Positions 1-8,090 of a stretch of DNA of 37,900 nucleotides are shown here, in pieces. The position numbers and the translations under genes are program-made. The notes below the pieces were generated by a model. It had not been told where the DNA came from and did no database searches. It saw only the letters and a list, made by a program, of their open reading frames with translations. Numbering within the stretch: position 1 is the stretch's first letter; the number at the start of each line of letters is the position of its first letter. The stretch is taken from IMG/VR virus record IMGVR_UViG_3300016476_000092, positions 1-37,900 of that record; one strand, 5' to 3'. Source of the stretch: a virus. Lineage: Duplodnaviria > Caudoviricetes.

Positions 1-26
1 GGAATGCAGGCAGTCCACCCGCTGTG

Positions 27-113
27 ATGACGGGTGTGTTCCTGCTGTATGCCCCGGCATACGTGGGCATGCTGTACGTGAGGGACATGATCAGGTACGG
101 ACGTGACCAATGA
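27..113 (+). CDS. small hydrophobic hypothetical protein (may be the 3' end of a gene starting before the window)
   Basis: Translated by hand: MTGVFLLYAPAYVGMLYVRDMIRYGRDQ*. The frame is also open upstream to the window edge. The stop overlaps the next ATG (ATGA). Confidence 0.35.
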   Translation: MTGVFLLYAPAYVGMLYVRDMIRYGRDQ

Positions 114-262
114 CTAACCCCGAAATATTTTTCCGGAATCGTGGCGATGCCACGTTCGAAGCAGCCCTGTACAGGATTAGCATGACCGTGCTCAGCGCGG
201 TCATCGTCGGAGCGTTCGGTCTCACCCTGCGGGTCTTACGCCCATGCCATCGCAACATGTAG
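110..262 (+). CDS. small membrane protein, 50 aa
   Basis: Translated by hand: MTNPEIFFRNRGDATFEAALYRISMTVLSAVIVGAFGLTLRVLRPCHRNM*. One hydrophobic segment; ATGA coupling to the upstream ORF. Confidence 0.45.
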   Translation: MTNPEIFFRNRGDATFEAALYRISMTVLSAVIVGAFGLTLRVLRPCHRNM

Positions 263-349
263 ACTAGGCTTGCGAGCGGGATCCCGAACCAGATGTTCGG
301 GTACCAGCCCTGATGCAGTCCCGAAGGGAAGCGGGTTCAGGGAACGAGA

Positions 350-380
350 AGAGGGCGGGAGCATTGCGCTCCCGCCCTCT
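350..380. terminator. GC-rich hairpin, probable bidirectional terminator
   Basis: AGAGGGCGGGAGC-attgc-GCTCCCGCCCTCT, a perfect 13-bp stem where + and - strand genes converge. Confidence 0.75.
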
Positions 381-393
381 CTCCATACGCGCG

Positions 394-1014
394 CTAGTAC
401 GGGGACACGCCACCCAGTTCGTCAATGATCTTGTCGATCAGCCGTGAAGCACGCTGCTCCACGGCCTGCCGAGTGACACCACGCTGGTCAGCGAGATCCT
501 TCGACGGCACACCCTCCCCGTACAGGGAGATCAGCAGGGACTGCTGGTCTGGTTCAAGGGCAGCCAATGCTGCCGTCACATCAGCCAGCATCGACTCGAT
601 CTCCATCCCCTCAGACAGGGTACGGGTGCGCTTCACGCGCGCAGACGACTGCTCCTGCACCATGACACCACCGTTGCAGTGAGCCTCGATCAGTGCAGCG
701 ACAAGCGACGACGAGTAGAAGTACTCGTCGCTCGCCTTGTACCCAGACCGTCTCGCCTTGTCCTGCCGACACATGATGTCGCCAGCCCTGTACAGGTTGC
801 GCTCCAGATACTTCAGTTCCCGCTTGTACACGTCCTCGTTCTCCGCATCCAGCAGCGGAGCGAGACGCTTGCGCTTGGACAGCAGCCACACCCACAAGTC
901 CTGACGGACATCGGCAGCCTCAGCCCACGGCCTGTACTTACGTGCGAGACGATGCGCCACGACACTGGCAACAGTGTCGATGTCGCCCTGCTGCTCATCA
1001 GTCAACGTCACCAT
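394..1014 (-). CDS. sigma-70/ECF-like sigma factor or sigma-region-4 HTH regulator
   Basis: Start at MVTLTDEQ (ATG 1014). Region-2-like AEAADVRQDLWVWLL and region-4-like ALAALEPDQQSLLISLYGEGVPSKDLADQRGVTRQAVEQRASR. Confidence 0.75.
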   Translation of the reverse strand: MVTLTDEQQGDIDTVASVVAHRLARKYRPWAEAADVRQDLWVWLLSKRKRLAPLLDAENEDVYKRELKYLERNLYRAGDIMCRQDKARRSGYKASDEYFYSSSLVAALIEAHCNGGVMVQEQSSARVKRTRTLSEGMEIESMLADVTAALAALEPDQQSLLISLYGEGVPSKDLADQRGVTRQAVEQRASRLIDKIIDELGGVSPY

Positions 1015-1751
1015 GAGTACCGCACTCCATCCACAATGAACGACTTGTTGTTGATGGGCACCAGAACAGGGGTGACGTTGTGTCCCTCCTCGATCAGCAG
1101 GCCGAAGCCCTGCTGCCAGTTCGCCATGCCCTTCATGTAGGCCATGCCGCTGGTCTTGATGTCGATCAGGTGACCGACCTCCATGCCCCAACGGATGCGC
1201 TGGATCTTCGACCCGACCATCTCCGTGGTCGGGATCAGACCCATCCTGTGTGTGTGGCCACACACCACACTGGAACCAATGCGCGTACTCAGACCAGCCC
1301 CGGTCATGCCCCCATGCTTGGACAGGGAACCCTCATCCCCGTGCATGAGATACCAACCCTTGGCCAGTTGGAACGGCTCACGATGGAACGTGATGCCCAG
1401 TTCCTGATGACGGAAGAACGTCCCGTACTCCAGTTCCGGCAGGCCCATCAGCCCCGGTAGCCGGGTGCTGATACTCGTCCACAGCCGGTCGCCATGGTTG
1501 CTGCGGGACAGGTGCTGGATCTTCAACTGGCGCAGCACCTCGACTGTCACGTCCCTGTGCTTGCCGATGTCGCCAGTGAACTCACCCTTCGTGCCACGAG
1601 TCCAGCGGCTCAACTGGGGGAGATCGGCCTCGTCCCCTACGCACGCCACGACATCAGGCTTGAAGTCCTCGATGAACTCAGACACAGCATCGACCGCTTT
1701 GCGGTCCACGTATGGCGCTTGAAGATCGCTCACGATCACGGTCGTCTTCAT
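1008..1751 (-). CDS. calcineurin-like metallophosphoesterase
   Basis: Motifs SDLQAP, GDEAD, SNHGDR, MHGD and GHTH. Confidence 0.88.
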   Translation of the reverse strand: MKTTVIVSDLQAPYVDRKAVDAVSEFIEDFKPDVVACVGDEADLPQLSRWTRGTKGEFTGDIGKHRDVTVEVLRQLKIQHLSRSNHGDRLWTSISTRLPGLMGLPELEYGTFFRHQELGITFHREPFQLAKGWYLMHGDEGSLSKHGGMTGAGLSTRIGSSVVCGHTHRMGLIPTTEMVGSKIQRIRWGMEVGHLIDIKTSGMAYMKGMANWQQGFGLLIEEGHNVTPVLVPINNKSFIVDGVRYSW

Positions 1752-2077
1752 GCCAGCGCCTTGATCGCCAGCATCGCCCCGTAGGCGATGATGTCGGCAG
1801 CCTCTTCAAGGATGTCGACCTTCAGTTCTTCGACAGACTTCGTCTCGAACTTCTGGATCTCGCCGCCGTACTGCTCGGCCCCGATCCCCTGCACACGCTC
1901 CGCTGCCAGAGCAGCGAGCGACATGATGAACGCAGACAGGTCACGGGGATCAACCCCGTGCCCGTGCTGCGTCACCGCCGGGTGATCGAAGAGGCTACGT
2001 CGATGCCAATCACGCCAGTCTTCCAGTCCACTGATTGGATCTTGAGTCCAAGATCCTGTAGTCGTGTCAGTACCCAC
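1748..2077 (-). CDS. conserved actinophage hypothetical protein (possible all-alpha NTP-pyrophosphatase-like, EExxD)
   Basis: GGAGG RBS 7 nt before GTG 2077. C-terminus QKFETKSVEELKVDILEEAADIIAY. ATGA overlap with the phosphoesterase. Confidence 0.65.
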   Translation of the reverse strand: MGTDTTTGSWTQDPISGLEDWRDWHRRSLFDHPAVTQHGHGVDPRDLSAFIMSLAALAAERVQGIGAEQYGGEIQKFETKSVEELKVDILEEAADIIAYGAMLAIKALA

Positions 2078-2151
2078 GGGATTACCTCCGCTAGTTCTTG
2101 CTCAGAGCGCCTGTCCCCAGCGGAGGCGGCGTTACGATCCGATGTTACCAC
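1972..2151 (-). CDS. hypothetical protein, 59 aa, overlapping the downstream gene
   Basis: GAGGAG at the end of the primase gene, then GTG 2151: MVTSDRNAASAGDRRSEQELAEVIPWVLTRLQDLGLKIQSVDWKTGVIGIDVASSITRR. Confidence 0.4.
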   Translation of the reverse strand: MVTSDRNAASAGDRRSEQELAEVIPWVLTRLQDLGLKIQSVDWKTGVIGIDVASSITRR

Positions 2152-2158
2152 GTTGCAT

Positions 2159-2809
2159 TCACTCCTCGGCAAGACCCACGAGGGTGCGAAGTGCCTGAGT
2201 TCCCTGCGCTTGGACGAAGTCGGAGAGATCCTGCCCACGGGGCAGGAGGATGTTCCGTGCCCACGGGAGATCCCGCATGATCCGACCAGCCAGATCCTGC
2301 CCCGGGTTGGAGCCGTCCTCCTTGTCGTCGTTGTCTGTGACAACGAAGATGTTCTGGAAACCCTTGAGCACACGGGAGTGGTGCGGCTTCCAGTGCTGCA
2401 CCCCGGCGATGCCAACGCTGTTCAGGCCACACACGTAGTGCGACACGACACAGTCCAGTTCACCCTCCGTGATCAGGATGTACGGCTCACCCGACAGGAC
2501 AGCCTCCGTGTTGTACAGGCGGGACCGCTGGCCGGTAGGCCACAGGTACCGGGGGCCGGGACGCTCATCAATCACACGGAACTTCACGGCCTCCACACCA
2601 GACACGGTGTAGTACGGGATGCACAGCATCCCTGCGTACTGCTCATGACCGGGAGCAGGGTTACCTGTCCATCCAAGACGGGCGATAGACGCTGCGCCGA
2701 GACCGATCCCCCTTCCCGCGAGATACTCCTCGGCTGGACTTCCCGCCAGATCTCCTTGATACCGGACTGACGCCTCGGTCAAGAAGGCTTTCTGCGAGTG
2801 CTGCTGCAT
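2159..2809 (-). CDS. DNA primase, catalytic (Toprim) subunit
   Basis: YLAGRGI, LCIPYY, ILITEGELDC, VVTDNDD and GQDLSD Toprim motifs. Confidence 0.9.
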   Translation of the reverse strand: MQQHSQKAFLTEASVRYQGDLAGSPAEEYLAGRGIGLGAASIARLGWTGNPAPGHEQYAGMLCIPYYTVSGVEAVKFRVIDERPGPRYLWPTGQRSRLYNTEAVLSGEPYILITEGELDCVVSHYVCGLNSVGIAGVQHWKPHHSRVLKGFQNIFVVTDNDDKEDGSNPGQDLAGRIMRDLPWARNILLPRGQDLSDFVQAQGTQALRTLVGLAEE

Positions 2810-3044
2810 CAGTGAATCCCATCCCTTCGCGTTCCATGATCAGGTTGTAAGCGTCGCCGCCTGCTTGGCAGGCGAAGCAGAACCACACACCCTCGGTCGT
2901 GTTCACGGTGGCCGACGCATTGGCGTCGTCGTGGACCGGGCACTTGATGGTTCGCTGCCCATATCCGTTCGGATATGTCAGCCCGTAATAGTCGAACACT
3001 GCCTCCAGCAGTTCAGCCTTCGCGTCCTCATCCTGCTGCGACAT
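2661..3044 (-). CDS. DNA primase zinc-binding (CHC2) subunit
   Basis: KCPVHDDANASATVN...WFCFACQAGGDAYNLIMEREG. Confidence 0.9.
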   Translation of the reverse strand: MSQQDEDAKAELLEAVFDYYGLTYPNGYGQRTIKCPVHDDANASATVNTTEGVWFCFACQAGGDAYNLIMEREGMGFTDAAALAESLLDRGVSPVSRRSGGKSSRGVSRGKGDRSRRSVYRPSWMDR

Positions 3045-3309
3045 TGAGATGCAACCTCACAGATGTTGGTGCGTCACCCAGAAGGATCCCTGCGCGGCGT
3101 CGTGCCCGGGTCCGTTCCTCCGGACCCATGCCACCCCAGAACCCGTACTCCTCGTTGTGCAGAGCCCAGTTCAGGCAGTCCAACTGGGCTGGGCACCGTG
3201 AACAGGCGAGGCGCACCTCGTCTGACCAGCGATTGTTGGGCGGGTCGAAGAACAGGTTCGGGTCCATGTCCTTGCACACGGCTTCTTCACGCCAGTTACG
3301 ACGGGCCAT
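3028..3309 (-). CDS. whiB: WhiB-family Fe-S transcriptional regulator
   Basis: W...AVC...PNLFF...CSRCPAQLDCLNWA...EEYGFWGG: four Cys plus the G(V/F)WGG turn. Confidence 0.93.
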   Translation of the reverse strand: MARRNWREEAVCKDMDPNLFFDPPNNRWSDEVRLACSRCPAQLDCLNWALHNEEYGFWGGMGPEERTRARRRAGILLGDAPTSVRLHLNVAAG

Positions 3310-3643
3310 AGCCAGCCTCCTTCAGTAGGTGGACGTAGACGGAGAGCGGAAGCGTGGCGTAGTACGCACCGGGGTCGGTGACTCCTCGCCGCTTGTGGAC
3401 CACCGCTCCCACCTCGTTGTTTCCATGTTGCATTTCGACCACGAGTTCGTCAACCCAGCCAGCCAGTGCCAGAACCTTCTGGTTCTTGCACTCCCATGTC
3501 ACTCCCGGCGTGCCGTCGATGTCGCCACGGTCGTCCTGCCAACCGGCTCTCGTGCGCTCCGCACCCACCCAGCCCTGCTCACGCAGGTACTGGACGATCT
3601 CACGTTCGAACGCACTACCCTTGTTCTTGCTTGCGCTTGGCAC
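3296..3643 (-). CDS. Holliday junction resolvase (Hjc-like PD-(D/E)XK nuclease)
   Basis: KNKGSAFEREIVQYL, DRGDIDG, WECKN and VVHKRRG. Confidence 0.85.
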   Translation of the reverse strand: MPSASKNKGSAFEREIVQYLREQGWVGAERTRAGWQDDRGDIDGTPGVTWECKNQKVLALAGWVDELVVEMQHGNNEVGAVVHKRRGVTDPGAYYATLPLSVYVHLLKEAGYGPS

Positions 3644-3773
3644 GCTTCGCCTCCTTCTCCGCAGCCTTCTCGGCTAGATACCTGTCAAGGTTGTCGGCGT
3701 GCTGCTTGTCCCACCCCTTGCATGTGTTGCATGCAGGGTCGTTGTGGAACGGCCAGTTGCACGGGCCGCTCAT
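3615..3773 (-). CDS. hypothetical protein, 52 aa
   Basis: Translated by hand: MSGPCNWPFHNDPACNTCKGWDKQHADNLDRYLAEKAAEKEAKRAKRKQEQG*. ATGA-coupled to the upstream ORF and fills the gap. Confidence 0.65.
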   Translation of the reverse strand: MSGPCNWPFHNDPACNTCKGWDKQHADNLDRYLAEKAAEKEAKRAKRKQEQG

Positions 3774-3991
3774 GAGTACTTGGCTTGGCTTCGGTTGCGA
3801 TCCAAGAGGAACGCCATCGACGACTCGATGGTTTCCATCACCGACACAACATTTGCGTACAAGTCACTGGGATGACACGCGGTGTCCCCGACTTTGTACA
3901 CGTCTTGCACTGCCGTTCGAACCATATCCATGTACTCGTCAAGAGTCATGTAGTACGCCTTCACGTGAGGCATGTTCATGTACCCGGACAT
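3770..3991 (-). CDS. hypothetical protein
   Basis: GGAGG RBS then ATG 3991 (MSGYMNMPHVKAYY...). Tightly packed in the operon. Confidence 0.6.
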   Translation of the reverse strand: MSGYMNMPHVKAYYMTLDEYMDMVRTAVQDVYKVGDTACHPSDLYANVVSVMETIESSMAFLLDRNRSQAKYS

Positions 3992-4302
3992 CCCGTACCC
4001 CTCCAGTTCTTGTGACCACCATTGCGAATGGAATGCAGGAACACTGCATCTTGAATGTGAGGCGGTGCATCCGATGCACGCTTGTACTGGCGTGCACCCT
4101 TCACCCACTTGGCGTTGCCCCTCCACGTGGAGTCAAGGAACTGGTACGCCCCGGATGCCGTGCTCACGGGGTTCTCTGCGTCGTAGTCGTGGCGTGACTC
4201 ATGCTGCCTGATACAGGCAGCGAGATCCTGCACATGGTCTGGTGCCTGTACCAGCGGTGACATCACCGCAAGAGCAGCCGCACCGACGATGGTTCCAATC
4301 AT
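3976..4302 (-). CDS. Rpf-like / lysozyme-fold lytic transglycosylase with N-terminal hydrophobic segment
   Basis: MIGTIVGAAALAVMSPLVQA leader. ACIRQHES (catalytic Glu), ASGAYQFLDSTW, ASDAPPHIQD and GHKNW..C. GGAGG RBS. Confidence 0.85.
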   Translation of the reverse strand: MIGTIVGAAALAVMSPLVQAPDHVQDLAACIRQHESRHDYDAENPVSTASGAYQFLDSTWRGNAKWVKGARQYKRASDAPPHIQDAVFLHSIRNGGHKNWRGTGCPGT

Positions 4303-4313
4303 TGATCCTCCGA

Positions 4314-4529
4314 TCAGTCGATCTCTGTCGGTGCACGGAGTAGCGCACCGCAGGCCACACACTTCGCATCTGTGAAGTAGGTGGCGACCACACCTTCAGA
4401 GAAGGTGGCGAGAACACCGAACAAGTTGTTCCCGCACAAGCATTCGCTCGTCGGTCCGAACTCACGCAGATCCTCCGTCTGCTCAGTCATGAGCAGATCG
4501 GTGATCGGCAGAGTGATGTCGTCAGCCAT
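4314..4529 (-). CDS. small Zn-ribbon hypothetical protein
   Basis: MADDITLP...ECLCGNNLF...KCVACG. Confidence 0.65.
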   Translation of the reverse strand: MADDITLPITDLLMTEQTEDLREFGPTSECLCGNNLFGVLATFSEGVVATYFTDAKCVACGALLRAPTEID

Positions 4530-4791
4530 CTTCGTGACGACGGATGTACCCCTGCTCATGGAGATCCAAGATGCGGGGCAGCAGGTAGGCGAGGGTCTCC
4601 CGTGTGCAGCACGTATCGCAGCCGCAGAACTCGACACCCGACTGGGTGTCGATGACGAACGGCCCGTCCTCGCTGTCGACCAGCGTGGAGAACAACTCGT
4701 TGAGGTACACCTCGTACCCCATCTCCAACATCTCCATCGGGGCCTGATCCCAGTACCAGTCAGAAATCTGTGTCACTCGTATGACCTCCAT
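4522..4791 (-). CDS. hypothetical protein with CGCDTC motif
   Basis: ORF track; overlaps its neighbours in operon fashion. Confidence 0.6.
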   Translation of the reverse strand: MEVIRVTQISDWYWDQAPMEMLEMGYEVYLNELFSTLVDSEDGPFVIDTQSGVEFCGCDTCCTRETLAYLLPRILDLHEQGYIRRHEDG

Positions 4792-5618
4792 GCTTGTGCG
4801 TTCTTCAGATCCGCAACCGTGTTGTAGAACGACATGCGTGGGGCATCCACGTAGATCGTCACGTAGTCCTCACCGGACGGTGAGGGCGTCGCATGCCTGT
4901 GCTTGACACAGGCCACACGCATCTGTCCCTCGGCAGGGAGCATCGCCAGCGACAGGATCATTTCCGGGTACTGACTGACCTTGCCCCTGATCGCACCACG
5001 TGGGTACGGGTACTCGCTGGCGTGCTTGGACGGTGACTCGTTGACGTGGTGAAGGATCACCACCGCACAGTCTTTGGCTCTCGCCAACTGGTGCAGGAAC
5101 GCCATCGTGTCCAAGAGTCCGGCGAAGTCACCCGATGACTCGCCCGACTCCACGTTCAGCAGGTTGTCAATGACCACCATCTGGAGGTGGCCTTCCCCGT
5201 ACACCTCCTCGTATGCGAGGAGTTCCATGTCGATGTCCTCCAGCGACACGGACGGGTCGAACGAGAACTGAATGCCAGCCTGCGTGATGGCTTCGCCAGC
5301 CTCATCAATGATGTCCTGTGCAGACGTGCCATCCATCTGCTTGACCTCATCGAACGTGTGCCCGGTCGCAATGGCGGCAGCCCTGTACCGGGTGGTGCGC
5401 TTGTCCGTGTCAGCGGAGAACACGAACGTTGGGATGCGAGCCGCCACTGAGTACCAGAGCGACAGCATGGACTTGCCGCCGTTCGGGGCGGCAACGATCA
5501 TGCACACCTGTCCACGCTCAAACCGGATGCCCTTCTGCGTCAGCGCAGGGAGGATCTCCGGCAGTGGCGTGGATGCAGCAGTGGTCTCGGACTGCGAGAC
5601 CTGAAGCAGAGACTGCAT
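4773..5618 (-). CDS. DnaB/RecA-family replicative helicase (ATPase domain)
   Basis: Walker A AAPNGGKS, Walker B MVVIDNL, VVILHH, and VKHRH (Arg finger region). GGAGG RBS before ATG 5618. Confidence 0.87.
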   Translation of the reverse strand: MQSLLQVSQSETTAASTPLPEILPALTQKGIRFERGQVCMIVAAPNGGKSMLSLWYSVAARIPTFVFSADTDKRTTRYRAAAIATGHTFDEVKQMDGTSAQDIIDEAGEAITQAGIQFSFDPSVSLEDIDMELLAYEEVYGEGHLQMVVIDNLLNVESGESSGDFAGLLDTMAFLHQLARAKDCAVVILHHVNESPSKHASEYPYPRGAIRGKVSQYPEMILSLAMLPAEGQMRVACVKHRHATPSPSGEDYVTIYVDAPRMSFYNTVADLKNAQAWRSYE

Positions 5619-5636
5619 GTTCACCTCCAGAGATGG

Positions 5637-5665
5637 GAAGGGCGGGGCACACGGCCCCGCCCTTC
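5637..5665 (-). terminator. hairpin after the 153-aa ORF
   Basis: GAAGGGCGGGGC-acacg-GCCCCGCCCTTC, a 12-bp perfect stem. Confidence 0.65.
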
Positions 5666-5677
5666 ACCTACGACTGA

Positions 5678-6139
5678 CTAGACCCAGACGATGGGAGCCT
5701 CAGCGGCTCCCGCAGGGAACGGCTTCGGTCCCTTGACGGGATCCACGAACGCCTTCCGCGCCTTGCCGTTCTTGTCGCGCCACTCCTTCAGCACGTACAG
5801 GCCACGGCCATCCGGCAGGGCCGGAGCCTCGGGGTGGTTGTACGTGAAGGCGTTGCCGTACTTGTCGTTCACCATCTCAGGGGAGGCAGCCGCAGCAGGG
5901 GCAGCGGCAGCCGGTGCAGCAGCCACGGTCTCCGTGACCACGGTCCCGGGCATGGCCTCCTTCACTGCGGCGATAGCCGCAGCCTGCGTGGTCACGCTGT
6001 TGCGGAACTCGCTGATCTCGTCAGCGATCTCGGGGTTGGCGTTGAACTCACGCAGACGATCCAGCAGTTCGTCAACGGTGTTGGCACGCACCGCACAGAA
6101 GTTGTGCGACACGACGAACGGGGCCTCAGTAGTGCTCAT
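5678..6139 (-). CDS. hypothetical protein with Ala/Pro linker (possible DNA-binding/SSB-like role by position)
   Basis: GAGAGGA RBS before MSTTEAP. Lies between exonuclease and helicase. Confidence 0.65.
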   Translation of the reverse strand: MSTTEAPFVVSHNFCAVRANTVDELLDRLREFNANPEIADEISEFRNSVTTQAAAIAAVKEAMPGTVVTETVAAAPAAAAPAAAASPEMVNDKYGNAFTYNHPEAPALPDGRGLYVLKEWRDKNGKARKAFVDPVKGPKPFPAGAAEAPIVWV

Positions 6140-6182
6140 GTGTTCCTCTCGGGGTTGGGGTGTTGTGGTCAACATGTTGCCA

Positions 6183-7043
6183 TCAGGACGAAGAAACGGT
6201 CAAGTCGGTGGCCGCAACGAAGTTGGGTGACAGCGAGTCGTACTTCCAAGCGTCGATCCCTCCCACGGTGTAGCACGCATCCCTGACATCACAGGTGAAG
6301 CAGGCGTCGCCGGGGTTGGGCAGGAAGATCCGATCCTGCACACCCTTGTTCAGGCCAGAGAACACGGTGGTGAAGTACTGCTCCGTGTATCGGGTGAGGT
6401 CGTACGTGTCCGTCAGTTCCCCTTGACGGGTCATGAAGAACACGCCCTGCTTGACCTCGATGCCGAGGTTCAAGCGCAGGGACTGGGCGTACAGGGCCAA
6501 CTGGATCTGCGAAGTCGGGACTCGCGTCCCGCTCTTCGCGTCCATCACCAGCAGGTTCTCGTTCGGGTCAACGATGACAGCGTCAAGGAATCCCTTGACG
6601 GTGACATCACCGAAGGTGGTGGTCGTCTCAAACTCGGACAGGATCTGACCGTCGATCTCCACGATCTTGTACCCAGACGTGTTCAGCCAGTGCTCGTAGG
6701 CGAGCAACTGGCGCAGACCTTCGATGCCCCACCAGATCGAGTCTTCCTTGTTCGGCTTGTCCTTGGTCTGCCGACCGGCGCGCTTCCACTGCTCACGGGG
6801 AACGTTCGTCTCCCACTCCACCTTGTGGAGGATTTCCCCGTACACGCGGTTCCACTCCGTGCGGATGTCCACGCGGTCACCCGTGATGGACGCACGGTTG
6901 ATCATGTCGATCACTTCGTGCAGGGCAACGCCAGATGCCGTCCACACGGCAGGCACACGGGGTGCCTGCATGATGCGGTTCAACTCGTACGCCTTGCCGC
7001 AGCGAAGCCACTGGCCCAACTGGCTGTGTGACACGTGGCTCAC
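6183..7043 (-). CDS. Cas4/RecB-like PD-(D/E)XK exonuclease with Fe-S cysteines
   Basis: SHSQL..W.RCG, GVALHE, KGFLDA..VMDAKSG, QLALYA and C-terminal CFTCDVRDAC. Confidence 0.9.
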   Translation of the reverse strand: MSHVSHSQLGQWLRCGKAYELNRIMQAPRVPAVWTASGVALHEVIDMINRASITGDRVDIRTEWNRVYGEILHKVEWETNVPREQWKRAGRQTKDKPNKEDSIWWGIEGLRQLLAYEHWLNTSGYKIVEIDGQILSEFETTTTFGDVTVKGFLDAVIVDPNENLLVMDAKSGTRVPTSQIQLALYAQSLRLNLGIEVKQGVFFMTRQGELTDTYDLTRYTEQYFTTVFSGLNKGVQDRIFLPNPGDACFTCDVRDACYTVGGIDAWKYDSLSPNFVAATDLTVSSS

Positions 7044-7255
7044 GGGTGCTCCTCCCGGCCAAGGACCATGACCTCGCGGTGCATGTCTGCGTCGTAGTAC
7101 TGGCGTGTGATCGCATTGAAGCCGCGCTCAGCGGCCAAGCGGTAGTACTTGCTGAGGTTGACGAACGAGTCGACGTTGTACGCAATCACGAACTCGTCAT
7201 GCGTCAGGTCATGCAGTGCTGTTACGGCCCCCTCGGCCAGCACCTGTGTTGCCAA
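7040..7255 (-). CDS. hypothetical protein
   Basis: GGGAG RBS with TTG start; GTGA coupling to the exonuclease. Confidence 0.6.
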   Translation of the reverse strand: MATQVLAEGAVTALHDLTHDEFVIAYNVDSFVNLSKYYRLAAERGFNAITRQYYDADMHREVMVLGREEHP

Positions 7256-7334
7256 TGCAGTTCTCCCTTCCGGGTCGTCGGTGGCTAGACCGTATCACAA
7301 CATGGTGACAGTGCTGGGTGTTGACACGTTGGGA

Positions 7335-7344
7335 CGGCGTGTCG
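7335..7344 (-). promoter_or_regulatory. CGACACGCCG motif, copy 1
   Basis: An identical 10-mer also occurs at 8091-8100. Both lie about 80 bp upstream of leftward start codons. Confidence 0.45.
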
Positions 7345-7565
7345 CATCATCTCCTCGGCGACACCAGTCGCTGGGGGTGGATGCCTGCGACGGGCGAGGG
7401 GATGTCTCCCTACCCGGCAGTCACGCTCCTCCTACCTACTCCACGGGTCTGACATGTGGGGGGGTAGGGGGGGCGTGTTCTGCTCAGGGTTCGGGGATGG
7501 GGGAGGTTGTATGGGGAGATGCCGGACGGCATCTTCCCTGATTACATGATGAAAATCATGGATGG

Positions 7566-7587
7566 GTGTCCCCCGATTGGGGGACAC
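7566..7587 (-). terminator. terminator hairpin after the repressor
   Basis: GTGTCCCCC-gatt-GGGGGACAC, just after the repressor stop codon and followed by an AT-rich stretch. Confidence 0.65.
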
Positions 7588-7593
7588 TGATGG

Positions 7594-8013
7594 TTACAAC
7601 CGAACGATGTTCTTGCCGTCGGTCTTCTCCCGACGGACATAGAAGAATCCTTCATCCGTATCCGGCAGGTAGACCACGACTGCGTCCTCGTCACGCAGTC
7701 GATCAAGCCATGAGTCAAGCCGATTGTTCTGTGCATCTGTGAGCGACTGTCCGGCGTTGCGCCGGGACAGGAGCCTGAGCATGGATATGGCGTAGTGGTG
7801 GTTGTGTTCGACCTTGATCCGCTTCCACGGGATCGTGTCCTCGTACCGGATGCGATTGGTTTCACCAGCGCGGCTGAGTGCCGCGCTGACAGTGGAACGG
7901 GCGACCTTGTAGCCCGTCTCCTCGTAGATGCGATCAGCGATCTGCTGGTGTGTCATGGTCTTCGCCCACTCCACCAGAGTGCTGTCGCTTGGCAGGTACC
8001 TCTTGGCTGGCAT
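7594..8013 (-). CDS. immunity repressor, mycobacteriophage L5 gp71/cluster A-like
   Basis: N-terminal HTH (MTHQQIADRI...VARSTVSAALSR), then IPW...H, RLDSWLDRLRDEDAVVVY and GFFYVRRE..D..IVR, matching the gp71 pattern from memory. GGAGG RBS before ATG 8013. Confidence 0.8.
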   Translation of the reverse strand: MPAKRYLPSDSTLVEWAKTMTHQQIADRIYEETGYKVARSTVSAALSRAGETNRIRYEDTIPWKRIKVEHNHHYAISMLRLLSRRNAGQSLTDAQNNRLDSWLDRLRDEDAVVVYLPDTDEGFFYVRREKTDGKNIVRL

Positions 8014-8090
8014 GATGCCTCCGACCCCCGTTGAGGTTGTTGCAGGTTGTTGCATAACACGTTATCACGGTCTACATGTCGCAATCAACT

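Noticed and set aside
305-345. hammerhead ribozyme (CTGATG...)
   Set aside because: It lacks the CUGAnGA and GAAA core.
1015-1263. N-terminal extensions in the ORF track (394-1263; also 9734-11731, 12778-13374, 13388-13858, 20313-20798)
   Set aside because: They overlap real upstream genes. Downstream starts with good RBSs were chosen instead.
6183-7043. Cas4-like gene as a sign of a CRISPR system
   Set aside because: No repeat-spacer array or other cas genes. Solo Cas4-like exonucleases are common in actinophage replication modules.
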